Under the pieces are notes generated by a model. That model was not told the origin of the DNA and searched no databases. It saw only the letters and a program-made list of their open reading frames with translations. From the NCBI GenBank assembly GCA_031409275.1, contig JANNXA010000034.1, forward strand, positions 150,120 through 214,119: a stretch of DNA of 64,000 nucleotides, read 5' to 3'. This DNA comes from Planctomycetota bacterium (GTDB lineage Bacteria > Planctomycetota > B15-G4 > SIAN01). A program made the position numbers and the translations under genes. Positions 41,268 through 53,739 of the stretch are shown here, in pieces (positions within the stretch are counted from its first letter, which is position 1; each line of letters opens with the position of its first letter).

Positions 41268-41432
41268 CTCGTGGAGAGGTGGGCATCCGCGGCGCGCGCA
41301 GAGGCGGCGTGCGGCGCCGCGCGAGCGCAGTGCGCGGGCAGGTGTAAGGAGCGTCTCGCAGTTGCACAATCGCGGCGCAGTCGCTGCGGGGCCTCATCGC
41401 CGGAGGCGGCGGCGGCTCGCGGCGGATGACGC

Positions 41433-41448
41433 CGGCATGCAGATTGCC
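41433..41448 (+). promoter_or_regulatory. Sigma54 promoter
   Basis: CGGCATGCAGATTGCC, about 88 nt upstream of 41536. Confidence 0.7.
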
Positions 41449-41535
41449 CTATCCCGTCGGCGGCCAAACCGGCCGCAGCGGAAACCAGCGTGTGGTCGAC
41501 CAGGTCGACCACGCCCTGCGACGGAGCGACGGTTC

Positions 41536-41838
41536 ATGATCGATTCCAAGAACGGCAACACGGTGCGTCCCCGGACGGGCGGCCGCAACGTACGCAATCA
41601 GTCCCAGCGCATCCTGCAGGACGTGAAGGACCTTGGTTCCATCGCGGCCCACGACGTCACGCTTGGCAAGCAGCGCCTCGCGGCTCGCGGCCGCGAGCTG
41701 CTCGCCGATGGGCGGCAGGCGATCTCGAACTACGAGGACAACGCGAAGCAGTACATCGCCGAGCACCCCTTCAAGACGCTCCTGGTGGCGCTCGGTGTCG
41801 GGACGCTGATCGGCCTGGTGATCCGTCGTCGGTCCTGA
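41536..41838 (+). CDS. DUF883 / ElaB-YqjD family tail-anchored protein
   Basis: YIAEHPFKTLLVALGVGTLIGLVIRRR. Confidence 0.85.
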   Translation: MIDSKNGNTVRPRTGGRNVRNQSQRILQDVKDLGSIAAHDVTLGKQRLAARGRELLADGRQAISNYEDNAKQYIAEHPFKTLLVALGVGTLIGLVIRRRS

Positions 41839-41860
41839 TCCAGGGCCGAACGAGCCAGCG

Positions 41861-42388
41861 ATGGACTTCGCGCAAGACTCCAACGGAACGAGCGGTCGGC
41901 CGCCGACGGAAGCGCCGCGTCGCGCGTCCTCGGAGGCGGACAAGCAGCTTGGCTCGCTGTTGGAGCAGGCGGCGCAGCATGTCGTCGCGCTGGTGGAGAA
42001 GGCCGGCGAGCTCGCGGCTCTCAGCTGGAAGCGCTTGCATCTGCGCGCCGTCGATGCGACCTACCGAGTCGCGCTCGTCGCGACGGCCATCGCGGCCGGC
42101 GTGACGATCGTCATCTCGGCGTCGCTGTTGTTGGTGAGCGGGACCTGCGCCGCGCTCGCGCGCTGGTCGCAAAGCGAATGGGTGGGTGATCTCGGTGGCG
42201 GAGCGATTGCTCTGTCGCTGCCGTTCCTCGTCCTCACTGCGCTGCGCTGGAGCAGCCGACGCACCTTGCTCGAGAAAGCGCTGCGTCGACGGGTTCGTCC
42301 GAGCGCTGCACCCGCAGCCGCCGCCACGGTGTCACCGGTGACAGCGGACGCCATGCCGAAGGTCGTGGGCCAGGATCATCCTCCATGA
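41861..42388 (+). CDS. YqjE-like (holin superfamily III) membrane protein
   Basis: Two TM helices; position directly after DUF883. Confidence 0.6.
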   Translation: MDFAQDSNGTSGRPPTEAPRRASSEADKQLGSLLEQAAQHVVALVEKAGELAALSWKRLHLRAVDATYRVALVATAIAAGVTIVISASLLLVSGTCAALARWSQSEWVGDLGGGAIALSLPFLVLTALRWSSRRTLLEKALRRRVRPSAAPAAAATVSPVTADAMPKVVGQDHPP

Positions 42389-42675
42389 ACTACTCCGACC
42401 GAGTCGATCGCGCCTTCGTTCGCCGCCGCCGCGAGCTCATGCGCGAACTGATGGACGACGGTGCGCAGGTGATCGACGAAGTCGTCGCAGTCATCGGCGC
42501 GACCGCCGCGGGGCATCCGCTTGCCTACGTTGGTGTGGGCGTCGCCGCCGGGGCCGCCATGGGCGCGCGCTCGAGAATCGGCGCGCCGACTCGCCGCTCG
42601 AGCGTGAGCCGAGTCGTGCGGGTGCTGACCCGCGTCATTGGATGGGGCGGTCGCAGTTCGATCGGAGCGCCGTGA
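42385..42675 (+). CDS. YqjK-like small membrane protein
   Basis: ATGA overlap; HPLAYVGVGVAAG. Confidence 0.5.
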   Translation: MNYSDRVDRAFVRRRRELMRELMDDGAQVIDEVVAVIGATAAGHPLAYVGVGVAAGAAMGARSRIGAPTRRSSVSRVVRVLTRVIGWGGRSSIGAP

Positions 42676-42700
42676 AGTTCACCGCTCGGGCTTGACGCGC

Positions 42701-43057
42701 TCAGCGCGCCGCCTCGCTCAAACGACTCGCGACCGACGGGATCGCCAGCCCTTGTGCAGCGAATCGCATCCGCAGCCCCTGCACCGCCGTGCGGGTCAAC
42801 ATCGCGCCGACGAAGATGCCCACCAGCGTCGTGGCACCGACCATCAGGAGCGCCGCGATCCACTGGGCACCGATCCACCCGGAGCCGCCCGACGTGGAGG
42901 CGCTTTGCGTGGCGACCAGAAGGGAGCCGAGGATGGCACCGATCGCGCCGCCGCCGATTGTGGAAATCAACAGTTGGGTGCGGTCGGCGAAGGCCCATCG
43001 TCCGGAGGGTGGCGCATTCGGCTCGGTGAGCGCGGGAGTTCGCGTCGCAGACTCCAT
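42701..43057 (-). CDS. Small two-TM glycine-zipper membrane protein
   Basis: GGGAIGAILG; AGGAG RBS; weak sigma54-like site at 43127-43142. Confidence 0.6.
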   Translation of the reverse strand: MESATRTPALTEPNAPPSGRWAFADRTQLLISTIGGGAIGAILGSLLVATQSASTSGGSGWIGAQWIAALLMVGATTLVGIFVGAMLTRTAVQGLRMRFAAQGLAIPSVASRLSEAAR

Positions 43058-43186
43058 GTTTGGCACTCCTTTGGAGAACTCGTCGTGTCGATCGGCGCCG
43101 CCGATCCCCCTCGATTCGAGAACCAACGCATATCGCGCTCCGTGCGCGGTCGGCGTCGTCGCACCGCGTTGCCCGGTCCTTGCCGG

Positions 43187-46100
43187 TCAGGGCGTGTCCC
43201 GCGGCGCCGTGTGGCCCAGGACGACTTCCACGACATGGTCACCTCCGTCGTCCGTCCACGGGATCGCGCGCGCGTCCACCGCGGCGCCGTCGAGCGTCGC
43301 GCTCGCCACACCTCGGCAGCGACGCAGCGGGTTCTCGATGGCGATCCGATAGCGCGTGCGGCCGCTCTTCCAATGCAACGTGCAGTGCGGCCACTCGGCG
43401 GGGATGCAGGGATCGACCGCGAACGTCGGCCCGTGACGCGCGAGACCCAGGATGCTGGTCACGCCGAGCTGCCATAGCCAGCCGGCCGAGCCGGTGTACC
43501 AGCCCCAGCCGGCGCGTCCGAGGTGGTTCGGGTGGGCGTAGACGTCGCCAGCGCTGACGTAGGGTTCGCCTTTGTAACGCTGCACATCCTGTGCGGTGCG
43601 CGTGTGGTTGATCGGGTTGATCATGTGGAACAGCTCGACCGCTTCGTCACCGTGACCGAGCTTCGCGATCGCCATCGCGGCCCAGATGGCTGCATGGGTG
43701 TACTGACCGCCGTTCTCGCGGATTCCGGGCACGTAACCCTTGATGTAACCAGGGTCGCGCGCACCGTGGTCGAACGGCGGCGTCAGCAGCAGCACCAATC
43801 CGGCGTCACGTCGAATCAGCTGCGTGCGCACCGAATCGGTGGCGAGTTCGGCGCGCCGCGGATCACCCGCGCCGGACAGGACGGCGAACGACTGCGCGAT
43901 CGCATCGATGCGGCACTCATCGTTCTGCGCCGAGCCGAGCGGCGTTCCGTCATCGAAATAGGCGCGGCGATACCACTCGCCATCCCAGCTCTGCTCCAGC
44001 CGTTCCGCGAGGCGCAGCGCTTCGGCGCGGTAGCGCGTCGCGCGCGCCGCGAGTTCGCTGCGCGTTTCGCAGAGTCGCGTCATCCGCTGCAGCACCATGT
44101 GAAGGAACCACCCGAGCCAGACGCTTTCGCCCTGGCCGAGGTGGCCGACCCGGTTCATCCCGTCGTTCCAGTCGCCGCTTCCGATCAACGGCAGGCCGCG
44201 TGGCCCGCAGTTCAGCGCTCGATCGGTCGCCCGCAGGCAGTGCTCGAGCATCGTCTCGCCCGTCGCCGAACTGGCCGGGCTCCCGTAGCTGCTCTCCTCG
44301 CCCGGAGCGATCTCGGGCGCGACGAGGAAAGGGACGAGTTCGTCGAGGAGCGCCCGGTCGCCGGTCGCTTCGACGTGCTCCGCGACCACGAACGGCAGCC
44401 AGAGGAGATCGTCGGAGCAGCGGGTTCGCACGCCGACGCCGCTGCCGGGATGCCACCAGTGCTGAACGTCGCCCTCGGCGAACTGGCGCGCCGCGGCACG
44501 CAGGAGGTGCTCGCGACCGAGTTCCGGTTGCGTCAACGTCAACGCCAGCACGTCCTGCAGTTGATCGCGGAAGCCGTAGGCGCCGCCTGGCTGGTGGTAG
44601 CCGCTGCGCGCCCATAGACGGCAGGCGATGAGCTGGTAGAGCGACCAGCGGTTCACAATCAGGTTGAAGGAATCGTCGGGGGTCTCGACCTTGATCGAGT
44701 CGAGCAGTTCGTCCCAGCGCGCCTCGACGCGGATCAGCGCGGCGCTGGCGGCAGCGATGTTGGCGTGGCGTTCGATCAGGTCGCGCGCATGCTCGCGGCT
44801 CGTTCCCTGGCCGAGGACGAAGACGATCTCGCGCGTCTCGCCGGCGGCGAGGTCGATGCGCAGCTGCAGCGTCGCGCACGCGTCGAGTCCGGCGCCGACG
44901 TTTCCCGAGAGCTCGACGCGACGCAACGCGGCGGGGTCGCGCGGCGAGCCATTGCGGCCGAGGAACTCGGTGCGATCGCCGCTGACGGCGACCGGCCGTT
45001 GCGAGGCGGCCGAGAAGGCGACCCTCGCCTTGAAATCCTGCTGGAACGGGTTCCTCGCCAGCACGCCGCCCGACCTGGGGTCGAGTTCGGTGACGATGTG
45101 GTGGCGATGGCCTGGGCGCGCCGGACCGAGCGCCCACTCGTCGTACGCGAAGACGGTGAGCTCGCGGCGTCGCCCGCTGTGGTTTCGGAGCACGAGCGTC
45201 GCGAAGCGAACCGGGTCCACCGTGTCGACGAAGAGCGTGAGCTCTTGCGCGATTCCCGCCACGCCGCGCTGCCAGCGCGTGACGCCGGCGCCGTGGCGCA
45301 CGATCCAGCGGCCGCCCCCTTGCACGCGCTTCAGCGGTCCGGGCGTCGCGCTCCACGTCTCGCCGCTCTCCTCGTCTCGCAACAGCAGCAGCGACGACAG
45401 CGGGTCGCTCACCGGATCGTTGGCGAACGTGGTCAGGCGGTTCTCGCGACTGTTCTCGGCCCACGTGAAGGCGATCCCGGAGGTGGTCACCAGCGCGCCA
45501 AAACCCGGATTCGCCAGCAGGTTGCTCCAAGGCAGCGGCGTCTCGGCGTCGCCTTCGAGCACGACCACGTACTCCTTGCCATCCGCCGAGAAGCCGCCGA
45601 GCCCGTTCATCAGCCGCAGCGCTGGTACCGCTGGCGCGATGCGAGCCGTCACCTGCGCGGTGTCGGCCGCCGTTTCGCTGGTCGGTAGGCGGCGAGGCTC
45701 GAATCGAGCCGGCAGCAGCGGGCGCGGTGCGCGCGGTCGCATCTGCTCGAGCAGCGAGCCGCGATCGCCGTGCAGCACCGCGCGTGCGGCTGCGGAGATC
45801 AGCAGCTTCGCCGCCGATCCCATCGTGTCGCCGCGCAGCAGGAAGACGCTGCCGCCTGCGCGTCCTTTGGTCGCGGCCCAGGAACCGCTCTCGATCAGCG
45901 CGGCCAGCTGCTCCTGCAAGAGGTCGCGGTAACTGGTCGGATGGTCGTTCAAGAGCACGATGTCGGCCGCGAGCCCCTTCAGACGCCACAGGTCGACCGC
46001 GCGCAGCACCTGACGCACCAGCGGAAGCCCCTCGTCCCCGACCACGCGCACCAGCAGCAGCGGCAAGTCGCCGGAGATGCCGTGGGGCCACAGTTCCCGC

Positions 46101-49100
46101 TGCCCCTGCTCGTTGGCAGCGACCACTTCCGATTCGGCGCGCAGCGAAGGATCGGCCCAGAAGATTCGCGAGGCGAGGTCCATGCACAGCTGTGCTTCGT
46201 CCGGATTCATGCCGAGGTGGGCGAGCTCCACTCGCGCGTTGGTGTAGGCCAGCGAGAAGGCTCGCGCCGCGGCGGTCGGATCGTGGTACTGCTCCGCCAG
46301 CGCCAGCGCCCGCGTTCGGTCGCTCGCCATTCCGGTCGCGAATGCCATTCGAATCGATCCGCCCGGCGCGAGCCGGATGCGCAGCCGCAGGCTCGCGATG
46401 GGATCGAGCACCGCGCCGGTGGTGCCCGAGAGCGAGCGCCCGTCGAGCGCGATCGGGTCGTCGAGTTGGTGCCCGCGGCCGATGAAGCGAGCACGATCGG
46501 TCTCGCACTCGACCGCGCCTTGCAGGTGCCCTTCGACGCTCAACACGTGAATCGCGAAGGCGCCCGGTTCGTCAGCGGCGCGCGGTCGACGCGAGCAGAG
46601 GATCGCAGCGCATGCCGGCAGGTAACTGGTCTCGAGGAACAGCTTGCCGAACGCGGGGTGGGCGAGGTCGTCGACGAGCGAGGCGAGCGAGAACTCGACG
46701 TAGCTGGTCACGTCGATCTCGCGCGCGCGGTGGCTCTTGTTGGTGACGGTGAGGCGGCGCACCTCGACGTCGCTCTCGGGCGACACCGTCACCTCGAGCT
46801 GCGTGTCGATTTCGTCATCGCTTCGTCGGAACAGGGCGCGTTCGGGCAGGAAGGTCGCGCTGTAGCTCTCGGGCTCGCGCACTCCGGGTTGGTGGGTCGC
46901 CGACCAGACGATGCCGCTGCGGACGTCGCGCAGGTAGATCAGCTGGCTGCCGCCGTCACGCGTCTGATCCTCGCGCCATCGCGTGACGGTTCGGCCGCGG
47001 CAGATCGATGCGCCGCCGCCCGATTGCGTGACGATCGCGGTGTAGCCGCCGTTCGACAGGAAGTGCGCCTGCGGATGGAGCGTGTCGGCGGTGGTGTAGC
47101 GGCGCGGCGCGCTGGCCGATGCTGGTGTCCGCGCGCTCATCTCCTGCGGGCGCGGCCGGGTGATCGGCGCGTTCCGTGGCACGCGCTCCTGCAGCAGCGC
47201 TTCGGTGCTCTGGATGTACGGATCGGCATGGAAGCGCGCGACCATGTCGGGGCCGAGCAGCGCGGCACCGAGGGCGACGAGCGTCATCCCCTGGTGGTGC
47301 GCCATGAAGGTCCGCACGATCACTCCGTCGCCGATCGCAACGCACGGAGTCCCGATCGACGGCGCGTTGCTGAAGTCGATCGCTTCGTAGCTGCCGTAAC
47401 GGCCGTCAAGGCCAAGTCGCGACAGCGCGCGCAGGTTGTCGCTCGCCTTGCGCGGATCGACGATCGTCGCGAGCGCGGTCGCATAGGGCGCGAGGACGAG
47501 GTTGTCGGCCAGGCCGCGTTTCAGGCCGAGCCCCGGCACGCCGAACGCCTTGTACTGGTAGTGCCCGTGGCGATCGACGAAGGCATAGGCCGACTCGGAG
47601 ATGCCCCACGGCACGCCGCGTTCCTCGCCGTAGTCGATCTGGCGCCGCAACGCGGCTCGACAGCTCGCCTCGATCAGCGTGTCGGGATAGGAGCGCAGCA
47701 ACAGCTGCGGCATCAGGTACTCGAACATCGACGCGCTCCAGGACACGAGCGCCGGTTCGCGATGGACTGCGACGAGGGAGCGGCCGAGTCGGAACCAGTG
47801 TTCCTGAGGAACGTCGCCCTTGGCGATGGCGATGAAGCTCGCGAGCCGGGCTTCGGACGCGAGCAGGTCGTAGCAGCTCACGTCGAGGCGCCCCTCCGAG
47901 TCGGCGTCGGCCAGCAGCCAGCCGATCGAGAAGAGCTTGCGCCGCGGTTCGTAGAGGAAGCGGAAGTTCATCTCCGCGACCAGGAGGCGCGCACGCTCCG
48001 CGAGCGCCTCGATCGGCGCGACGAGGTCGGCCGGCACGTGCAGCTCGAAGGTGGCGGAGAGCGCGTCGGCGAGGGCATTCGACCAGTGGATGAGGTCGCC
48101 GTCGGCACGATCGGGCGATTCACGCTCGGCGATCCGGGCAGCTTCGCTCCGCAGCATTCCGGCGTGCGCCCGCATCGCGTCCGGCAGCGCTTCGGTGGCA
48201 GGCGTGTTGGCGAGCCACTTGACGAACTCGTCGGCGAGACGCTGCAGCGTGGCGCGGGACGCAGCTCGTGCCGCGTCGGGTTCCGGCGCGATCGAAGCCC
48301 GATTCGCGACCGCTTCCTGCAGCAGCTCGGCGGTCGCCAGCGCCGCCGCGTGCCGGACGGCGGGGACCAGCGGCTCGTGAACCAGGCGCGGCAGTCCCGC
48401 CGCCAGGGTGATCAGCGCACCCGCGAGGTTGCCGCTGTCGACGGTCGATACGTAGCGGCGCGGCAGCGGTGCGAGGCTGACGGTGTCGTACCAGTTGAGC
48501 AGATGTCCTTCATGGCGCTCGAGCGACTCGACGGCGGTCAGCATCGAGTCGAGGCGCGCGGCCATGGTGCGCGCATCGATGAAGCCGAGGTCGCGTGCTG
48601 CGAGCGTCGCGAGCAGGCCGACACCGATGTTGGTCGGAGAGGTCCGATGCGCCAGCGCCTCGACGGGCGCCTCCTGGAAATTGTCCGGCGGCAACCAATG
48701 GTCGTCCGGGCCGACGAAGGTCTCGAAGAAGCGCCACGTCCGCCGCGCCATGCGCCCGAGCAGCGCGCGGTCGCTGGCGGGGAGCGTCGTCGTGACGGGG
48801 CGCGCCGTTGCGCTGAGCCAGGCGGAGATCAGTGGCGCGAACAGCCAGCAAGCGACGAACGGGGCGGCGATCGGCAACGCGGACGGCCGCTGCCAGGCGA
48901 TCGCGCCGAGCAACAGGCACGCGAACAGCGGGCTCGCCGCCATCTCTCGCAGGAATAGCGTCCGCGTCCCCTTGGCGCGCGAGCCGGGGGCGCTGGCGCC
49001 GGCCGCGGCGGCGCTCTGCCATTCGAGCAGGTTGCGACGGGTGATCGCGAGGCGGAACAGCGTGACCGCGATCGCGTACAGCGTTGACCACGTCGTGTAG

Positions 49101-51739
49101 GCCAGCAGCACGAGGGTCACGCCGACCTGCTGGGCCGCGAGCGCCGCGTCCTCGCGCACTCCTTCGAGGAAGACTCGCAGCGGTTGCTGCGGCGGCGGGC
49201 CGCCGAGCAGCCGCAGCAGCTCGCGCAGCAGCGGTTGGCCGAGGACGGCGAGCACGCCGAGCGTCCAGGGCAGCGGTGCGCCTGGCAGGACCGTCCAGCT
49301 CATCGCCAGCAACGCGAGGCAGGCCGGTGCGACGAGGCTGCGGCGCAGGTTGTCGGCGATCTTCCAGCGGCTGATCCATGGCAGACGGTCGCGCACGCGA
49401 CCATTGCGGGGCGCCACGCTGCCGAACAGCCATGGCAGCAGTTGCCAATCGCCGCGTGTCCACCGTTGCGCGCGGCGCGCGTGAAGCAGCACGCTCGACG
49501 GGTAGTCGTCGACCAGCTCGACGTCGGAGACGAGCGCGACGCGAGCGAACAGCCCCTCGAAGAGGTCGTGCGAGAGCAGCGTGTCGTCCGCGACGCGCCC
49601 CTCGAGTGCCGCGCGGAACGCGTCGACGTCGTACAGACCCTTGCCGGTGAAGATCCCCTCGCCGAAGAGGTCCTGGTAGGTGTCGGAGACCGCGGTCGTG
49701 TAGGGGTCGACGCCGACGTTGCCAGCGTGGATCCGCGAGAAGCGCGAGCCGGTCGCGCTCGAGAGCGTGACGCTCACCCGCGGTTGCAGCACGCCGTACC
49801 CCTCGATCACGCGGCCGCGCGCCGGATCGAAGCGCGGTCGGTTCAGCGGATGGAGCGCGATCGAGACCAGCTCGCGCGCGGCATCGCGTGGCAGGTTGGT
49901 GTCGGAGTCGAGGGTGATGCAGTAGCGGACGCTCGGCAGCAACCCGAGCGCTCCGACCTGGCAGACGAACGAGGTGTCCGTCGCGCCGCGGAGCAGCCGA
50001 TGGAATTCCTCGAGCTTCCCGCGCTTGCGCTCCCAGCCCATCCATGCGCCCTGCGCCGCGCTGAAGCGCCGCGCGCGGTGGAAAAGGAAGAAGCGATCCT
50101 CCTTGCCGACGGCGTGGCGGCGGTTGAGCCGTTCGATTCCGGCGACCGCCGCGGCGAGCAGCGCGGCGTCCTCGGGCCGTTGCTCGGTCGTGGCGTCCGT
50201 GAAGTCGCTGAGCAGCGCGAAGTGGACGTGCGGTTCGGCGTTCCCGAGCGCCTGCACCTCGAGGTGTTCGAGCAGATGCTCCACTCCTTCGAGGCTCGCG
50301 AGCAGGGTCGGTACCACCACCATCGTCCGCGCGGAAGCGGGTACGCCTTCCTTCAGTTCCAGGCGGGCGAGGCGACGCGGTGGGGCGAAGGCGACCGCCG
50401 CGACGTGCAGGAGATCCGCGGCAAGCTGGCTTGCCGGCACCACCACGAGCAGCCCGATGAGCAGTCGCCAACCGCTGTCGTCGATCGTGGCCACCGCCGC
50501 TGCCGTGACGAGCGCCGTCAATGTCATCAGCGCGCCGAGGTAGAGCAGCGTCACGTGGCAGAAGCAGGCGCGTCGCAGCAGACGCAGCCACGGCGGCCGG
50601 AACGCGACCGCGGTCTCGAGCGCGCGCCGGCCGCGGCCGAGCAGATGCCAGCCGACGTGGCTCGCGCGCGCGTCGACACCCGGCTCCCCGCTCGCAGCGC
50701 GCGCGCTCTCGACCGCCCGCAGCGCCACCTTCAGCTGCTCCTCGGCGGTCGGACCGGCAAGCTCCTCGATGGCATGGCGGCAGCGGTCGCGTGTGGCGAA
50801 CTCGGCCTGGCCGTGGATGCCCGCGGGATCGCGCAGCAGCACCTGCTCGACCACGCTCTCGCGTTCGACGAACTCGGTCCAGTCGAGGTTCGAGCAGAAG
50901 CGCAGGCTGGTGACCGCGTTCTCCATCGAGACACGCCTCGCGGCGACTCCCTGGATGTCGGCGCGAATGGCGTCCTCCGCCTCGATCTGCGACGCGGCAA
51001 GGCGCGCCTCGAGCACGGCGCGGATCGGCGCGCAGCGCGGGCCGTGCTCGCGCAGGCGCAGCAGAAGTTGGGCGGTGTACGCCATGGTCGGCGGCTCCGG
51101 CAGCGCCGGCAGCTCGACGTTCGGCTCGCCGCGAGCGACGCCGTTCCAGACCGCGTCGGCCTCGAGCCGGCAAGTGCGTCGCGCGAGGATCTCCTCGGCG
51201 AGGCCCCTCACGTTCTCGATCAGCCGCACCTTCAGCATGGTCGGCCACGCCCACAGCTCGCCGATGGTGAGCGGTGCGAGCGGCTGGAACGCCGCGAGCA
51301 GATGGTGCATTCGCTCGGTGCTGAGGCGGCTGTCGCTGACCCGGATCAGTTCGACGGCGAGCGCCTCGATGCGCGACGTGCAGGCCGATTCGAGCGCGGT
51401 CAGCTTCGGGAGCTGACGGAAGTAGTCACGGGGCAGGTTGCGACGCGTCTCGACGATGTCGGCGTCGATGGTGTGGAAGGCGTCGAGCAGCCATTCGGTC
51501 GCAGGCTCGATTGGCTGGTCGCTGCGGGCGTCGTCGGCGAGGACGAGGAACGCCTTGCGCAGGAAGCGTTCGTTGTCGGCGAGGCGGCCGAAGAACCGAC
51601 GCGAACCGCGACGCGACCGGCGCGCGAGCCCGAAGCGCGCGGCGAGGACGCGGGCGTGCTCTTCGAGGCCGTCGATGCCGAGCAGTACGCCAGCGAGCGA
51701 AGCCCCCTCGCCGCCATTCTGGCCGCTCCGTAGCTGCAT
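43187..51739 (-). CDS. ndvB: Cyclic beta-1,2-glucan synthase (Cgs/NdvB/ChvB; GT84 + GH94)
   Basis: About 2850 aa; [60 protein letters not shown]. Confidence 0.95.
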   Translation of the reverse strand: MQLRSGQNGGEGASLAGVLLGIDGLEEHARVLAARFGLARRSRRGSRRFFGRLADNERFLRKAFLVLADDARSDQPIEPATEWLLDAFHTIDADIVETRRNLPRDYFRQLPKLTALESACTSRIEALAVELIRVSDSRLSTERMHHLLAAFQPLAPLTIGELWAWPTMLKVRLIENVRGLAEEILARRTCRLEADAVWNGVARGEPNVELPALPEPPTMAYTAQLLLRLREHGPRCAPIRAVLEARLAASQIEAEDAIRADIQGVAARRVSMENAVTSLRFCSNLDWTEFVERESVVEQVLLRDPAGIHGQAEFATRDRCRHAIEELAGPTAEEQLKVALRAVESARAASGEPGVDARASHVGWHLLGRGRRALETAVAFRPPWLRLLRRACFCHVTLLYLGALMTLTALVTAAAVATIDDSGWRLLIGLLVVVPASQLAADLLHVAAVAFAPPRRLARLELKEGVPASARTMVVVPTLLASLEGVEHLLEHLEVQALGNAEPHVHFALLSDFTDATTEQRPEDAALLAAAVAGIERLNRRHAVGKEDRFFLFHRARRFSAAQGAWMGWERKRGKLEEFHRLLRGATDTSFVCQVGALGLLPSVRYCITLDSDTNLPRDAARELVSIALHPLNRPRFDPARGRVIEGYGVLQPRVSVTLSSATGSRFSRIHAGNVGVDPYTTAVSDTYQDLFGEGIFTGKGLYDVDAFRAALEGRVADDTLLSHDLFEGLFARVALVSDVELVDDYPSSVLLHARRAQRWTRGDWQLLPWLFGSVAPRNGRVRDRLPWISRWKIADNLRRSLVAPACLALLAMSWTVLPGAPLPWTLGVLAVLGQPLLRELLRLLGGPPPQQPLRVFLEGVREDAALAAQQVGVTLVLLAYTTWSTLYAIAVTLFRLAITRRNLLEWQSAAAAGASAPGSRAKGTRTLFLREMAASPLFACLLLGAIAWQRPSALPIAAPFVACWLFAPLISAWLSATARPVTTTLPASDRALLGRMARRTWRFFETFVGPDDHWLPPDNFQEAPVEALAHRTSPTNIGVGLLATLAARDLGFIDARTMAARLDSMLTAVESLERHEGHLLNWYDTVSLAPLPRRYVSTVDSGNLAGALITLAAGLPRLVHEPLVPAVRHAAALATAELLQEAVANRASIAPEPDAARAASRATLQRLADEFVKWLANTPATEALPDAMRAHAGMLRSEAARIAERESPDRADGDLIHWSNALADALSATFELHVPADLVAPIEALAERARLLVAEMNFRFLYEPRRKLFSIGWLLADADSEGRLDVSCYDLLASEARLASFIAIAKGDVPQEHWFRLGRSLVAVHREPALVSWSASMFEYLMPQLLLRSYPDTLIEASCRAALRRQIDYGEERGVPWGISESAYAFVDRHGHYQYKAFGVPGLGLKRGLADNLVLAPYATALATIVDPRKASDNLRALSRLGLDGRYGSYEAIDFSNAPSIGTPCVAIGDGVIVRTFMAHHQGMTLVALGAALLGPDMVARFHADPYIQSTEALLQERVPRNAPITRPRPQEMSARTPASASAPRRYTTADTLHPQAHFLSNGGYTAIVTQSGGGASICRGRTVTRWREDQTRDGGSQLIYLRDVRSGIVWSATHQPGVREPESYSATFLPERALFRRSDDEIDTQLEVTVSPESDVEVRRLTVTNKSHRAREIDVTSYVEFSLASLVDDLAHPAFGKLFLETSYLPACAAILCSRRPRAADEPGAFAIHVLSVEGHLQGAVECETDRARFIGRGHQLDDPIALDGRSLSGTTGAVLDPIASLRLRIRLAPGGSIRMAFATGMASDRTRALALAEQYHDPTAAARAFSLAYTNARVELAHLGMNPDEAQLCMDLASRIFWADPSLRAESEVVAANEQGQRELWPHGISGDLPLLLVRVVGDEGLPLVRQVLRAVDLWRLKGLAADIVLLNDHPTSYRDLLQEQLAALIESGSWAATKGRAGGSVFLLRGDTMGSAAKLLISAAARAVLHGDRGSLLEQMRPRAPRPLLPARFEPRRLPTSETAADTAQVTARIAPAVPALRLMNGLGGFSADGKEYVVVLEGDAETPLPWSNLLANPGFGALVTTSGIAFTWAENSRENRLTTFANDPVSDPLSSLLLLRDEESGETWSATPGPLKRVQGGGRWIVRHGAGVTRWQRGVAGIAQELTLFVDTVDPVRFATLVLRNHSGRRRELTVFAYDEWALGPARPGHRHHIVTELDPRSGGVLARNPFQQDFKARVAFSAASQRPVAVSGDRTEFLGRNGSPRDPAALRRVELSGNVGAGLDACATLQLRIDLAAGETREIVFVLGQGTSREHARDLIERHANIAAASAALIRVEARWDELLDSIKVETPDDSFNLIVNRWSLYQLIACRLWARSGYHQPGGAYGFRDQLQDVLALTLTQPELGREHLLRAAARQFAEGDVQHWWHPGSGVGVRTRCSDDLLWLPFVVAEHVEATGDRALLDELVPFLVAPEIAPGEESSYGSPASSATGETMLEHCLRATDRALNCGPRGLPLIGSGDWNDGMNRVGHLGQGESVWLGWFLHMVLQRMTRLCETRSELAARATRYRAEALRLAERLEQSWDGEWYRRAYFDDGTPLGSAQNDECRIDAIAQSFAVLSGAGDPRRAELATDSVRTQLIRRDAGLVLLLTPPFDHGARDPGYIKGYVPGIRENGGQYTHAAIWAAMAIAKLGHGDEAVELFHMINPINHTRTAQDVQRYKGEPYVSAGDVYAHPNHLGRAGWGWYTGSAGWLWQLGVTSILGLARHGPTFAVDPCIPAEWPHCTLHWKSGRTRYRIAIENPLRRCRGVASATLDGAAVDARAIPWTDDGGDHVVEVVLGHTAPRDTP

Positions 51740-51797
51740 CGACTCCGTCTCTGCGATCGCGAGCCGCGAAACGCGACGTCGTGGGCGGGACGCCGAA

Positions 51798-51813
51798 AGC
51801 AATCGACGTTCCT
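51798..51813 (-). promoter_or_regulatory. Sigma54 promoter of ndvB
   Basis: AGGAACGTCGATTGCT, about 59 nt upstream of 51739. Confidence 0.65.
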
Positions 51814-51951
51814 CGTTCGCCGGGCGGGCCTCCCGTCGTGGGCGAACGGTGCGGCATCACGTCGGTCGGCGTTTTGTAGATCGCGCTGCACGATCGACGG
51901 GTTGGGCCGCCGCGAAGCGGTGGTCGCTCGATGCGGGCTCGCCGCCCGCGG

Positions 51952-53481
51952 CTACTTCACGCCGGACATGCTCGAGTGGGTGTTTCCGAGCAGGTAGCTG
52001 TAGACGATGCTGGTGGTCTGGACCGTCTGGTGCACGTTCGCAGCGACGGCGTTGGGCACGTCGCGACGCGAGAGGTCGTACTGCAGGCCGATCGCATGGC
52101 GTTCGTGGATGCGAAACGTCAGTGCGGCCTGTTCGCGCAGGATGTTTTCGGTGTGGCCGCTGTCACTCGATCCGGCGCCGCTGATGTAGTAATCACGCGC
52201 CGAAAGGTCGAGCATCGCGACGTCCCAGAAGATCAGCCGGATCGCGGCGATCGCTTGCGGCGAGATCCCGTAGTGGTACTCGTCCTCGAGGTCCGAATCA
52301 GACTTTCGGCCAGCGGCGCCGTAGCCGACGCCCCCGAGGAGGTTGCCCTGCAGCGCGATGTGGTTGGTGCACCACCATTGCATCGTCGTGCCGAACGAGA
52401 CGGCCGTCGCCGACAACTGGAACAGCTGCGGCGAGAGGTAGCAGTAGGTGCCGTAGACACCGGCGAGGCCGTGCAGCGTGCCGGAACCGTATTCGGTTCC
52501 CACCAGCAGCCCGCGAATGAAGGCGTTCTCCACGAACGCGTCGGTGCTCGAAGTCAGGGAGCCTTCGAGGTGGAAGTAGTCGAACGGATCTTCCCACTGA
52601 TCGCTGCGCTTGCCTGGCAACCCGTAGTCGATCTCGAAGTTCCCGACGACATGGTTGCGGTCGACGTCACTGGCGCGCCCTTGACGCGAGACTTTGGTGC
52701 TCAGGCTGCCCCCAAGGCCGACGCGCGCGAAGATCGCCGGCTCGTCGTGGTCGTACGGCGCGCGGAAGCGGTCGCCGAAAGCGTGCCGGTTAACCCAGGT
52801 CGGCGGCGAAATGACGCCGGCGGCCGCCTCGCGCCATCCGTCGGGCTCGATCTCCCCGGCGAGGATCCAATCGGCCGTGCGGTAGAAGGCCTCGCCGATG
52901 AAGGTCCCGCCGAAAGAGGTCACGATCTGATCGTTCAGCGACGGTGGCACCGTCTCGCCGGCGATCTCCCAGAGCGCGCTGCCGAGGAACGTGTAGCCCG
53001 ACGCTTCCCAGAAGCTCAGTCCGGCGGAGCGCGCGAACCCGAAGTAGAGCGACCCCGCGAACGGGTGCCACAGCTGGTTGACGTCGAACGGATCATGATC
53101 GACGACCCAGCTCGAGCGCAGATTCTCGGAGATCGAGGACGAATCGCTGCCGTACTCCTCTTCATCGATGAAATGGCGATTCCACTGATTCAGGAGCAGT
53201 TCGAAGCTGACGATCTCGAAGGCCGGAATCAGGTAACTGCGGTTGTCTTCGAGGTCGAGCGGAAAGGCGAAGCTGTATTTCATCGCCGCCGGGTCGCCGT
53301 GGAACATCGTCGGCGATGCGTCCACCGGGTCGCCAGTTGGAGTGAGCGGGCGTGGTGCGCTCGAAGCGGTGGTCGCCAGCGGTCGGGAGAGGGGCGCTGG
53401 GTCCGGGCTGCGATGAGGCTTCGTTGCGCAGCTCGAGCTGAGCGCCGCGAGCGACATCAACGCGATTCGATTCGGATTCAT
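51952..53481 (-). CDS. DUF3943 domain outer-membrane-type protein
   Basis: DHDPFDVNQLWHPFAGSLYFGFARSAG, WEIAGET..PSLND; beta-stranded C-terminus. Confidence 0.82.
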   Translation of the reverse strand: MNPNRIALMSLAALSSSCATKPHRSPDPAPLSRPLATTASSAPRPLTPTGDPVDASPTMFHGDPAAMKYSFAFPLDLEDNRSYLIPAFEIVSFELLLNQWNRHFIDEEEYGSDSSSISENLRSSWVVDHDPFDVNQLWHPFAGSLYFGFARSAGLSFWEASGYTFLGSALWEIAGETVPPSLNDQIVTSFGGTFIGEAFYRTADWILAGEIEPDGWREAAAGVISPPTWVNRHAFGDRFRAPYDHDEPAIFARVGLGGSLSTKVSRQGRASDVDRNHVVGNFEIDYGLPGKRSDQWEDPFDYFHLEGSLTSSTDAFVENAFIRGLLVGTEYGSGTLHGLAGVYGTYCYLSPQLFQLSATAVSFGTTMQWWCTNHIALQGNLLGGVGYGAAGRKSDSDLEDEYHYGISPQAIAAIRLIFWDVAMLDLSARDYYISGAGSSDSGHTENILREQAALTFRIHERHAIGLQYDLSRRDVPNAVAANVHQTVQTTSIVYSYLLGNTHSSMSGVK

Positions 53482-53562
53482 GAGGTTGGAGGCGCCGCAG
53501 CAACTCGATCGGATGGATCCGTCCGCGACGCATCTCGTGAATCCGACGTCGCCATCACCATC

Positions 53563-53578
53563 AGCACGTCGTATGCCG
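53563..53578 (-). promoter_or_regulatory. Sigma54 promoter
   Basis: CGGCATACGACGTGCT, about 82 nt upstream of 53481. Confidence 0.6.
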
Positions 53579-53682
53579 ATCGCAGGATCGAAGCGCGGGT
53601 GGAACGCGGTGCGACGTCAGAAGTCCGGTTTCGTCGACCAGGGACGACTCGATTTCGCGGCTTGATCGGCGCTGGGCAACTC

Positions 53683-53698
53683 CGGCTTCGAAGTTGCG
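53683..53698 (+). promoter_or_regulatory. Sigma54 promoter
   Basis: CGGCTTCGAAGTTGCG, about 42 nt upstream of 53740. Confidence 0.55.
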
Positions 53699-53739
53699 TC
53701 GCGTCGGCAAATGGCCAAGACGACGCCCGTGACCCTTCG

